Below, piece by piece: positions 19,750-28,585 of a stretch of 64,000 nt of DNA. The notes beneath the pieces were generated by a model that was not told where the DNA came from, ran no database searches, and saw only the letters and a list, made by a program, of their open reading frames with translations. The number at the start of each line of letters is the position of its first letter. The stretch's first letter is position 1. The stretch comes from an uncultured Candidatus Actinomarina sp. (GTDB taxonomy: Bacteria; Actinomycetota; Acidimicrobiia; Actinomarinales; Actinomarinaceae): positions 1,789 to 65,788 of the forward strand of contig CACHJT010000002.1 in the NCBI GenBank assembly GCA_902580215.1, read 5' to 3'. The position numbers and the translations under genes are program-made.

Positions 19750-19980
19750 GCGAGTTTTCTAAAATTGAACACCCCAAGAGACAAGGTTCCTGGGATTTTT
19801 GTATACCAACAAATAAGGGAGCATTTGTTTTGATAACTGAACATATTATGTATTAGAGAATTAAATACTAAGTAAACACATTTTAAACGGTAAGGAAATT
19901 CAGAAACAGTCAGTAAATGAGAAAACCCTTGAAAACTCCGCAATCTGTTTCCAGATTTCCTGTCTCAAGGGTTATCTCGT
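19750..19980. ncRNA. Candidate structured non-coding RNA
   Basis: About 335-nt gap in a very compact region containing several hairpins and long-range complementarities; no family recognised. Confidence 0.35.
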
Positions 19981-20070
19981 TATACTTCTTATAATGATCA
20001 TCTATAAAGATTTTCTTCATAAAAAGTAATTTAAATCTATCTAAAAAAGATTAAAAAATCAAAAAAAATT

Positions 20071-21006
20071 TTAGGAATTTTTCCCACTCTTTCTTCTGGA
20101 AATAATCAAATTAAACATGATTGCCAAAACAGTGACACCAAGTAAAGCACTAAGAACAGTTGATATAAAATCATTATTTATAGCACTAATTCCATAGTCA
20201 TCAAGAAGCAAAACTATTCCATCTGTTTGTGTAAAGCCAAACTCTTCCGCGACGGATTCTAAGCCATCTGGAGATGACGATGCAAAAGGTGTGACAAGGC
20301 TTAAAAGTAAAATAAGAATAATAAATAGACCATAGAAAGATACTTTGGTTGTGTTTTCATCACTTCTCTCATATGCATAAATTAAATCAGGTCTTACTCG
20401 AATTAAAAGAGTGATAATAAGAGCTGTAATTACTCCCTCACCGAAACCAATGATGAAATGTGTTGTGACCATGGCCAACAAAACTGTTCCTACCGGTATT
20501 GATATTGTTCCACCAATTGCATATTGGATTGTAAAAGCTATTGATGAAAACACAACACTCAAAATTCCTGCAAGTACACTAACAGAGACAATAGAGGTTT
20601 TATTTTTTCCAATGAACTTTATCCAGTACTTAACAATAAACCAACTAGTTGCACTAGTTACAATTGCCATATTTAAAACATTCACTCCTAAAGCACTGAG
20701 ACCCCCATCAGCAAAAAGTAGAGATTGAATAATAACTACTACTGATAGACAAATTAATCCCAATCTTGGTCCTAAAACTATAACTGCGAGCGCACCACCA
20801 AGTAAATGGCCACTTGTACCAGCGGCTATAGGGAAGTTTATCATTTGAAGAACAAATATTAATGCAGACATCATTCCTGTTAAGGCAATAAATTTATCTG
20901 CAATTAAATCTTTTGCTGATCTAATGTATGCCCACAATGTGCCAAAACTGATTACTCCAGTAGCGGCAGACATAGTTACATTCATAAATCCGTCAGGTAC
21001 GTGCAT
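20071..21006 (-). CDS. nikM: ECF-type Ni/Co transporter S component fused to PDGLE domain (NikMN/CbiMN-like)
   Basis: N-terminal MHVPDG, GTSGHLLG, DGG..ALG.N; C-terminal ASSSPDGLE. Confidence 0.88.
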   Translation of the reverse strand: MHVPDGFMNVTMSAATGVISFGTLWAYIRSAKDLIADKFIALTGMMSALIFVLQMINFPIAAGTSGHLLGGALAVIVLGPRLGLICLSVVVIIQSLLFADGGLSALGVNVLNMAIVTSATSWFIVKYWIKFIGKNKTSIVSVSVLAGILSVVFSSIAFTIQYAIGGTISIPVGTVLLAMVTTHFIIGFGEGVITALIITLLIRVRPDLIYAYERSDENTTKVSFYGLFIILILLLSLVTPFASSSPDGLESVAEEFGFTQTDGIVLLLDDYGISAINNDFISTVLSALLGVTVLAIMFNLIISRRKSGKNS

Positions 21007-21013
21007 AGGAAAA

Positions 21014-21059
21014 AGTATAAGCCCTTAGTATCCTTATTGCAAGTGTTTTGCAATAAGGA
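21014..21059 (-). promoter_or_regulatory. nikMN promoter (TTGCAA-N17-TATACT) overlapped by a Nur-type operator TTGCAA-N5-TTGCAA
   Basis: Palindrome TCCTTATTGCAA-GTGTT-TTGCAATAAGGA at 21031-21059; -10 lies 7 nt before the ATG. Confidence 0.7.
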
Positions 21060-21061
21060 AC

Positions 21062-21799
21062 TTAAATCAGATTATTTTCTTTAAACCAATAATGAATTTC
21101 ACTCAATACAAAAGTTCTTGTATCTTGATTCAAAATTTCATGTTTTGAGTTTTCGACGATTATAAATTTCACATTTTCAAGTTTAGATATATTTTCACTC
21201 GCTTTAATTGGAACAATCTTATCTTTATCTCCATGTAGAACTAATGTAGGAATCTTTAGTTTTTCTATATTTTCATTAACAAAATTTTGTTCAGTAGTTA
21301 TTTCATTACCGAATTTAAAAGTCAAACTTCTAAAAACTAGCGGATCATTAAAGTAACTATCTACGGTTTCTTTATCGGTAGACAAATTTCTCTTATTTAC
21401 TGGTGAAGGCGCACGTAATTTTGGAAAAACCTTGGCCATAGCACCAGACATATTCTTAACGAATTTTGGATAATTATCATCAAAATGAGGCGCTGACAGT
21501 ATTAGGTAATCAGGGTCAATTTTTTCTCTAAGAATTGCAGATACTGACACAAGAGAGCCATAGGAATGAGCAAAAATGATTTTTATATCTTTGTTTACAA
21601 TTTTATTGTAAGCAATAACTAACCCTTCAATATTTTCATCCCAAGTTTCTATATGACCTTTTTCATCGATGTCACCATGCCCAGGAAGATTCAATGAATA
21701 CGTTTCAATACCTAAGTTTTTTAACCACTCAACATTGTCTTTGTGACGTCCTTCATGTTCAAATAATCCATGAACTACTAATGCTCCTAAATTAGACAC
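21062..21799 (-). CDS. Alpha/beta hydrolase (lysophospholipase/monoglyceride lipase-like)
   Basis: HGLFEH, PGHG, AHSYG nucleophile, HG..D..V, HE. Confidence 0.88.
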   Translation of the reverse strand: MSNLGALVVHGLFEHEGRHKDNVEWLKNLGIETYSLNLPGHGDIDEKGHIETWDENIEGLVIAYNKIVNKDIKIIFAHSYGSLVSVSAILREKIDPDYLILSAPHFDDNYPKFVKNMSGAMAKVFPKLRAPSPVNKRNLSTDKETVDSYFNDPLVFRSLTFKFGNEITTEQNFVNENIEKLKIPTLVLHGDKDKIVPIKASENISKLENVKFIIVENSKHEILNQDTRTFVLSEIHYWFKENNLI

Positions 21800-21831
21800 A
21801 AGCTCCCCTTTTTTTTATTAAATTTATATTA

Positions 21832-22542
21832 ATGAATATTGACTTCATAAAAGTACCATTTTCAAACAATCCGTCTATGCAAAAATATGATGGTCCACTT
21901 TTTAATACATATCCAAATGAGAAATATCTGTCTGAGAAACAACTACAGCTTGAAAAATATGGAAAAGATTTATATGGACAAACAGAACAATTTGAAAATT
22001 CTGATTTAAACCAAAAAGTCAGTCAAACCTTGGGGCTAGAAGCAACCGAATCTTTATACGAAACCGCAGTGCAAATAGAAGAGGATTTAGCTGTCATGCA
22101 TAATGGAAAGCTTGAAGCTATATGTTTTTGTTTTCCAAGTGGCTGGATACCAGGAAGAGAGTTAAAAGCAGATCTTTCTAAATTACACCAACCAGTTGCA
22201 GATAACGACCTATTACTTAAATCAAGTGAGAAATTATCACAACATATGAACAAGCAAACTATACGAAGATGGGTGTGGAATGTAACTACTGTTCCTGGGC
22301 TAAGTAATCACCCTAGTGAAGGAAGACCGCTATTAAATGATTTTGAAAATTTATATTTCAGATTAGAAACACAAATTTCGACACCATTAGATGAATCTTC
22401 AAGTTTATTTTTAGTAAAGGTAGATGTGGTCCCCCTAAAAAATGTATGGGATGAAGTAATTCTAGAGAGTATAAATTCAATGAGTGAAGACGTTTTAAAT
22501 TATAAGAATTTATCTGAAATTAAAAAATTTTTAAATAGTTGA
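21832..22542 (+). CDS. DUF3445 / heme-dependent oxidative N-demethylase alpha-subunit-like protein
   Basis: EDL.VM, CFPSGW.P, LH.PV, R..W, R.E.Q motifs. Confidence 0.75.
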   Translation: MNIDFIKVPFSNNPSMQKYDGPLFNTYPNEKYLSEKQLQLEKYGKDLYGQTEQFENSDLNQKVSQTLGLEATESLYETAVQIEEDLAVMHNGKLEAICFCFPSGWIPGRELKADLSKLHQPVADNDLLLKSSEKLSQHMNKQTIRRWVWNVTTVPGLSNHPSEGRPLLNDFENLYFRLETQISTPLDESSSLFLVKVDVVPLKNVWDEVILESINSMSEDVLNYKNLSEIKKFLNS

Positions 22543-22794
22543 TCTTTTCTCTTTCACAATAAGAAAAAGAATTAGCCCAGTCAGAATCGTTGTCATCGAG
22601 TTTGTAGCCATTAATGGAATGTCGTTTAAATAATTGCCATATAGAAACCAAGATAGGGACCCTAGAAATAAAAATAGATAAGTAATTAACGACAAGTCTT
22701 CAACTCTTCTTGTTTTTAATGTTTTTATCGCTTGAGGTAAAAAAGAAACAGTAGTAAAAAAAATTGCAAGGTAACCCATTATTTGAAAACTCAT
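22531..22794 (-). CDS. SemiSWEET (PQ-loop) sugar transporter
   Basis: 87 aa, 3 TM, TT.SFLPQ..K, W..YG, N. Confidence 0.9.
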   Translation of the reverse strand: MSFQIMGYLAIFFTTVSFLPQAIKTLKTRRVEDLSLITYLFLFLGSLSWFLYGNYLNDIPLMATNSMTTILTGLILFLIVKEKRSTI

Positions 22795-22836
22795 GGCAAC
22801 AGTATATAAGAGGATTAGTTTAAATAAGGGTACTCG

Positions 22837-22911
22837 TGGGCCTAGTTAGATTTGAACTAACGACCTCATCCTTATCAGGGATGCGCTCTAACCAGGCTGA
22901 GCTATAGGCCC
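22837..22911 (-). tRNA. tRNA-Ile(GAT)
   Basis: GGGCCTATAGCTCAG...CT-GAT-AA...GTTCAAATC...TAGGCCCA cloverleaf; CCA not encoded. Confidence 0.95.
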
Positions 22912-22999
22912 ATACGTCTAATTAACAATAGTCTATCAATGGAAATATTTAAATTTTTTTTTCATTTACTGTAAGATTCAGTGCATAATATAAATGCGA

Positions 23000-23072
23000 G
23001 GGGATGTAGCTCAGCTGGAAGAGCACCTGCTTTGCAAGCAGGGGGTCGTGGGTTCAAGTCCCATCATCTCCA
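23000..23072 (+). tRNA. tRNA-Ala(TGC)
   Basis: GGGGATGTAGCTCAG...TT-TGC-AA...GTTCAAGTC...CATCTCCA; G3-U70 pair. Confidence 0.95.
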
Positions 23073-23092
23073 CAATAAGGTAACCTAAATAT

Positions 23093-23278
23093 ATGGATAA
23101 AAAAGATTTAGAAAACTTGTCTGTTAGTGAGCTATTAAAACTTAAAGAATCTATTAATGATGAAATTGAAAAAAAGCGTACCCAACAGACACTTTCTAGT
23201 GCTAATAGAAAAGGACTATCTTTAGTTTGGATAGCAGTAGCAATTGCAATTGCTGTATTTAGGTACTTTAGTTCATAA
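23093..23278 (+). CDS. Small protein with coiled-coil N-terminus and C-terminal TM anchor
   Basis: 61-aa ORF; TAACCT -10 element 6 nt upstream; coupled to next ORF. Confidence 0.65.
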   Translation: MDKKDLENLSVSELLKLKESINDEIEKKRTQQTLSSANRKGLSLVWIAVAIAIAVFRYFSS

Positions 23279-23508
23279 TGGAATATTTAATTGCTTTATT
23301 TATCGGAGTAGTAATTTTTAGATTTTTAAGAAACTCCATTTCATCATTAGCCAGCATACCTCCTGAATTAGATACAGATGATGTTGTTGAAATATCGCAA
23401 TCTTTTATATGCAACAAATGCGGCACAGAGTTAACTATAAATAGGCAGTCTGTTGTGGCAAATGAACCTCCAAAGCACTGTAAAGACCCCATGGAGCCAT
23501 TAGATTAA
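23278..23508 (+). CDS. Small membrane-anchored zinc-ribbon protein
   Basis: N-terminal TM, CxxCG...P.HC..PM motif; TAATG coupling on both sides. Confidence 0.7.
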   Translation: MEYLIALFIGVVIFRFLRNSISSLASIPPELDTDDVVEISQSFICNKCGTELTINRQSVVANEPPKHCKDPMEPLD

Positions 23509-24971
23509 TGAACTTTTCAAGACCTGAACAGTTACAGGAGCTTGAAAGTAAATCAGAATTCGATTTACTTATTATTGGAGGTGGGATTGTTGGATCAGCT
23601 GCTCTTGAAATGGCAGCTTCAAGAGGGCTAAGTTCAATTCTTTTAGAGAAAAATGATTTTGCATCAGGTGCATCCGGTCGAAGTACAAAACTTTTACACG
23701 GCGGTATTAGGTATCTTCCTCAGCTACAGTTTGGCCTAGTTAGAGAAAGCCTGCAAGAACAAAAAATATTAATCAAATTACTTGGGAGGCTTTATAAGCC
23801 CCTCAAGCTGCTTGCTCCAATTTATAAAGATGATGGTTTTTCAGACCTCCCTAAAATGCTCCAATATAATTTCATTTCTTCGTTTGCTTTCAAGCTGGGG
23901 TTAACCCTGTATGACTTACTTGGAAGCAGAAATAAAAAACAGAGACATATAAATTTTGATAAATCAAAAACAAAGGAAATGTTTCCTTTACTTAAACAAG
24001 AAAAATTAAAAAGAAGCTTTATTTTTCAAGACGCACAAACAGACGATTCAAAATTAGTAGTTACATTATTGAGGAATGCAGTGGAAATTAATAATGCTAT
24101 TGCAATAAACTACATGGAAATTACAGGCATCAAAAAACAATCTTCAAAATATCAAATAACAGCAATTAATAAATTAAATGGCAACAAACATATGTTTGTT
24201 GCAAATAAAATTATTGCGGCAACAGGGGTACACGCTTTGCCAGGTGATTATTCTGTAAAGTCTTCTCACATTAAATTTAGTGGAGGAGCTCATCTTATCC
24301 TTAAAGATGATCCTCTAAAAATTAATGGAAACGGTATCTTGCTTCCAAAAACTGAAGACAACAGAATCATGTTTGTTTTGCCTTGGTTTGGTAACACTAT
24401 AGTTGGCACAACAGATACCGAAACTTTTTCGGGAACACTAGACAGGCCATATGCAAATAATGATGACAAAGAATACATTATTAGACACGTAAAAAAATAT
24501 TTCAATGTTGATAATGTTGAATACATATCATCTTGGTCAGGCATACGTGCTCTTATAGATAATCAACTAACATCGACAAAAAATGTTTCTAGGGGTCATT
24601 TTTTTAACAATGTCGATGAAGGATTTATTCAAATTTCAGGAGGTAAACTTACAGGATTTAGACTTATAGCTAAAGAGAGTTTGGAATTATTGTTTAGTGA
24701 TAATTTTGAACTGACACCTCTAAGCTTTGTTGATGAGGTTCTAGATTTATCAAATAAATTTAATGAAAATGATTTAAAGAAATGCTTCGAACACTACTGT
24801 ATTGCTAAACCAACAGACTACATGCTTAGAAGAACTCATTTAAGTTGGTTTAGTGATAATGGCGGCAAGAGTGAAATTTCAAAAATAATAGAAAATTTTG
24901 ATATAAATGGAATTGAAAATGATACTTTTGAGGAACTAATTGATGAGGGTCTTTTAGATAAAACTTACTAG
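23508..24971 (+). CDS. glpD: FAD-dependent glycerol-3-phosphate dehydrogenase/oxidase
   Basis: IIGGGIVG, DFASGASGRSTKLLHGGIRYL, GTTD, GGKLT. Confidence 0.88.
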   Translation: MNFSRPEQLQELESKSEFDLLIIGGGIVGSAALEMAASRGLSSILLEKNDFASGASGRSTKLLHGGIRYLPQLQFGLVRESLQEQKILIKLLGRLYKPLKLLAPIYKDDGFSDLPKMLQYNFISSFAFKLGLTLYDLLGSRNKKQRHINFDKSKTKEMFPLLKQEKLKRSFIFQDAQTDDSKLVVTLLRNAVEINNAIAINYMEITGIKKQSSKYQITAINKLNGNKHMFVANKIIAATGVHALPGDYSVKSSHIKFSGGAHLILKDDPLKINGNGILLPKTEDNRIMFVLPWFGNTIVGTTDTETFSGTLDRPYANNDDKEYIIRHVKKYFNVDNVEYISSWSGIRALIDNQLTSTKNVSRGHFFNNVDEGFIQISGGKLTGFRLIAKESLELLFSDNFELTPLSFVDEVLDLSNKFNENDLKKCFEHYCIAKPTDYMLRRTHLSWFSDNGGKSEISKIIENFDINGIENDTFEELIDEGLLDKTY

Positions 24972-25222
24972 TTGTAGTTAGTAGTCATTAAAAAACCTGC
25001 ACCAATCAACCCCAGCCCACTCCACAAATACCATCTTGAAACAGATCCAGGTAGCAAAGTTAAATAGTTAAGAACTATTAAAAGAACTCCAACAATCATC
25101 AGGGTCGACATTAAAACTGTATACCATCGAGGTGAAGGAGCATTACTTGTTGACATTTGACTAGAAATCTTTTTTGACTGCGTAGGTCTGCTATTTTGTT
25201 TTCTTTTTTTTGAAACTGGCAT
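24968..25222 (-). CDS. crgA: Cell division protein CrgA
   Basis: MP.SK.RK N-terminus, SPRWY, two C-terminal TMs; near pknB. Confidence 0.88.
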   Translation of the reverse strand: MPVSKKRKQNSRPTQSKKISSQMSTSNAPSPRWYTVLMSTLMIVGVLLIVLNYLTLLPGSVSRWYLWSGLGLIGAGFLMTTNYN

Positions 25223-25244
25223 ATTTTACAAATTAGTATTAATT

Positions 25245-26072
25245 CTAATTTATTTCAATAATATTATTTTTCTTAAACTTTATTAAGTTGTCTTTTTTCA
25301 ACCCTTCTAGAGCTTTTTGGACCTTGTCAGAATCCTCATTAATTTCTTCAAAAAGTTTTTGATTTTTTATTTGGCCATTGTTTATTAAGAGTTTAATTAT
25401 TTTTCCTCGAACTTCTCTGTTTGAACCTTTGAATTTTTCTTTACCCCTTTTATTAACAGAAAAATGTTTACTACAGCTATTTTCTATTGGGCAAATGTTA
25501 CATCTCGGGTTAGAACTTTTACAAATAGAGCTCCCAAAATCCATAAATGCTTGGTTAATATCTCTTGAATCTACATTAAGTAGAAAATGTTCAAAATTTT
25601 CTTTGAAGAAATCTTTTGTATCATTTAATCCAAAATATCTTTGACAAATTCTTACTGTGTTTGTGTCAACAGCAAGAACCTTTTCCCCATAAGCAAATGA
25701 AAGAATTGCATTTTTTGTATATGGACCAACTCCAGGTAGAATCTCAAAATTTGGATAAATCTGATCAAAACCTTTCTTTTCGATAATTTTAGAAGCTTCA
25801 AAAAGCCTTTTGGCACGATTGTTATATCCTAGCCCTGACCACATTTTTAAAATTATTTTTAACGAAGAATTCGCCATAGACTTTGGCGATGGAAATTCTA
25901 TAAAGAATTTTTCAAAATATAAGTTAGCTCTTTCTAACTGGGTTTGCTGAGATAAAGTCTCAATTAATAGAATTTGCCAAGGGTCAGTTGTATTTCTCCA
26001 TGAAAAGTCTCTTTTATTTTTTTTATACCAATTAATTAAATCAATTTTTAATTTTTCAATTTTAGTTTTCAA
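25245..26072 (-). CDS. mutY: A/G-specific adenine glycosylase
   Basis: SQQT, W.GLGY..RA, LPGVG.YT, VDTN, C-X6-C-X2-C-X5-C. Confidence 0.9.
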   Translation of the reverse strand: MKTKIEKLKIDLINWYKKNKRDFSWRNTTDPWQILLIETLSQQTQLERANLYFEKFFIEFPSPKSMANSSLKIILKMWSGLGYNNRAKRLFEASKIIEKKGFDQIYPNFEILPGVGPYTKNAILSFAYGEKVLAVDTNTVRICQRYFGLNDTKDFFKENFEHFLLNVDSRDINQAFMDFGSSICKSSNPRCNICPIENSCSKHFSVNKRGKEKFKGSNREVRGKIIKLLINNGQIKNQKLFEEINEDSDKVQKALEGLKKDNLIKFKKNNIIEIN

Positions 26073-27831
26073 AAGTCAACTCTACAACACCTTCTGGTTC
26101 TAAGAATTCACCTTTTCTAGGTATTTGCTTTCTAACAATACCGTTAGTATCTCCACTTACTGTCGCAACTAAGCCAAGTTCTTCAAGAACACTTAAAGCT
26201 TCTTCATAGCCAAGCCCTTCGACTTCAGGTACTTCAATTTTTATCCCAAGAGACACCACTACTTGAATTAATTCATCTGGGGTTACAATTTCTCCAGCTT
26301 CAGGTATTGTTCCTGAAACCAATCCAATTTCTACATCCTCTGAATATTCCTCTATTAGTTCATATTCAAATCCCAAAGTTTCTAAAATTTGAATTGCGTC
26401 CTCTGGTGATTTTCTTGAAAGATCACTAATCACTATAAGACTAGGGCCCTTAGAAACAACTAGGTCAACAGTGGTACCGGGACTCATTTTTGTTCCAGCT
26501 AAGGGATTCTGAGAGATAACAAAACCTCTTGGTATGTTCTCATCATTTACTTCAAGTACTTGACCTAACGTAAAGCCACTTTCTTCTACAATATAAATTG
26601 CTCTTTCTGATTCTATATCTAATATATAGGGAATTGGAAACGCTTCAGGACCAACAGAAACAATAATTGTAACCAGTGAGTCGGGATTTACGACTGTATT
26701 GGATGGAGGTTGAGTTCTAATTACAGAACCAGCTGGCACAGAGGCGTCGGCGGAATTTTCAATACCTACTTTAAATCCTAAGTTTTGAAGGTCAGTAAGA
26801 GCTTGTGCTTGCTCGCTTCCAGTTAGATCAGGAACTTCTAAAAGAGTAGGTGCTCCACCATCTACAGGTAGACCATCAAAAACCTGTGTCAATGTCCAAA
26901 TTGTTCCAATAACAACTCCTATAGAGATAATTAGAGCAGGTAAAGTAAATCTTAATTTCACTTTTGGATTTGTAAGATCAACTAAATTTTCTCTTGTTTG
27001 TTCAGACTGCAGTGCTTTTCTTTGCTGAAGCAGTGTTGCCCTTAAGTCTTCAGCAGATTTAAATCTGTCATAAGTAGCTTTTTCAAGAAGCTTTAAAATT
27101 GCACTTTCAACACCTTTTGGCAGATCACGCCTAAACAATGATGGCTTTTCTGGCTTTTCTGTTAAGTGCTTTGTTGCAGTTGAAATTGGAGAATCACCAC
27201 TAAAAGGTGCTTTACCAGTAATTAGTTCATAAAGAACGGTTCCTAGAGAATAAAGATCGGACTCAATAGAAACTGGCTTTCCCTGTGCCTGTTCTGGCGA
27301 AATGTAACTTGCGGTACCGAGTACAGAGCCAGTTTTTGTAATATCACTTTCTTCATTTTGAAGTGAAACAATACCAAAGTCTGTAACTTTCACTTTTCCT
27401 TCCGGAGTTATCATTATATTTCCTGGCTTGATATCTCTATGAACAAGTCCTTTCTGATGAGCAGCATGCAAACCGCTAGACACCTGTGCACCAATAAATA
27501 AAATGTCACTTAAACTAATCGTTCTATTTTTCGAAATAATTGAGGTTAATGTGTTTCCCTCTATATACTCCATTACAAAGTAAGGTTCGTCTTCAATTCC
27601 CCAATCAAAAATCTGTACAATATTTGGATGATTTAAGTTAGCTGCTGTTTTTGCTTCCCTCTTAAAACGATCTACAAAAGTTTCTTGATTTACATAATTT
27701 GGTTTTAATGTTTTAATTGCAACAAATCTCTCAAGCTGCATATCACGAGCTTTATAAACAAAAGCCATTCCACCCTCTCCTAAAATTTCGAGGATTTCGT
27801 ATCGTTCTTTTACTATCTGTCCAATTTTCAT
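26062..27831 (-). CDS. pknB: PASTA-domain Ser/Thr kinase
   Basis: GEGGMA.V, HRDIKP.N, DFG, TM helix, four PASTA repeats. Confidence 0.95.
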   Translation of the reverse strand: MKIGQIVKERYEILEILGEGGMAFVYKARDMQLERFVAIKTLKPNYVNQETFVDRFKREAKTAANLNHPNIVQIFDWGIEDEPYFVMEYIEGNTLTSIISKNRTISLSDILFIGAQVSSGLHAAHQKGLVHRDIKPGNIMITPEGKVKVTDFGIVSLQNEESDITKTGSVLGTASYISPEQAQGKPVSIESDLYSLGTVLYELITGKAPFSGDSPISTATKHLTEKPEKPSLFRRDLPKGVESAILKLLEKATYDRFKSAEDLRATLLQQRKALQSEQTRENLVDLTNPKVKLRFTLPALIISIGVVIGTIWTLTQVFDGLPVDGGAPTLLEVPDLTGSEQAQALTDLQNLGFKVGIENSADASVPAGSVIRTQPPSNTVVNPDSLVTIIVSVGPEAFPIPYILDIESERAIYIVEESGFTLGQVLEVNDENIPRGFVISQNPLAGTKMSPGTTVDLVVSKGPSLIVISDLSRKSPEDAIQILETLGFEYELIEEYSEDVEIGLVSGTIPEAGEIVTPDELIQVVVSLGIKIEVPEVEGLGYEEALSVLEELGLVATVSGDTNGIVRKQIPRKGEFLEPEGVVELTFEN

Positions 27832-27833
27832 AG

Positions 27834-28487
27834 TTAAATTATATTTATAATAATGGCAGTTATGTTATCTTTAGGTTCTTGGAGTAAAACTTCACTGACT
27901 AAAGTTTCTGCACTAATGCCTTCTTGTAATTTTTTTTTCAGATATTCTTCTCCCAACTCGTTGTAAAGTCCATCTGTACACAGTAAAACCACATCTCCTT
28001 TGAATAATTTAATATCTTTAGTCTGAATTGATAGCTTCTTTTTTGTCCCCAAGGCTTGTAATAAGACGTTTTGATAACCTGGAACGTTCTCATCTTCTGT
28101 TAATTTAATTAAATTTCTTTTTGAGAGAACATAGCATCTTGAATCTCCTACGTGAGCAACATGCAAAACACCACCTTCATCAATCTTTATTGCTGTCATA
28201 GTTGTTCCCATACCCTCAGAGTCTTTATTGTTCTCTTGATATTCATAAATTGCTTTATTAGCTTTTTCTACGTAGGTAATAAGGTTTTTATAATCTTCTT
28301 CCATAACAGAAGACGCTAACTCACTAGCAACTTCGCCTTTTTTGTGTCCACCCATGCCATCAAATACACCAGCTTTAAATGGCACAAAACCACTTCCAGA
28401 TACATCTGGAAAAACGGAATCTTCATTCTTTTTTCTTATTGGTCCACATTCGCTTTTAACAGACCATACAATTTTTAATTTTTCCAC
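27834..28487 (-). CDS. PP2C-family Ser/Thr phosphatase (PstP/Stp1)
   Basis: R..NED, DGMGGH, GMGTT, HVGDSR, CTDGL, DNIT; upstream of pknB. Confidence 0.92.
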   Translation of the reverse strand: MEKLKIVWSVKSECGPIRKKNEDSVFPDVSGSGFVPFKAGVFDGMGGHKKGEVASELASSVMEEDYKNLITYVEKANKAIYEYQENNKDSEGMGTTMTAIKIDEGGVLHVAHVGDSRCYVLSKRNLIKLTEDENVPGYQNVLLQALGTKKKLSIQTKDIKLFKGDVVLLCTDGLYNELGEEYLKKKLQEGISAETLVSEVLLQEPKDNITAIIINII

Positions 28488-28585
28488 TTATCAACAATCT
28501 TAGTTGTGAAATGTAATTGTTTTCTTACACTTAATAAAGAAGTAGAATGTCTCACAAGTAGGTATTTGTTAAAAAGTGATTTTAA

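Noticed and set aside
19728-19943. 71-aa ORF in the UDG-nikMN gap
   Set aside because: TTG start, no motif or SD, and it overlaps the UDG start; RNA structure explains the region better.
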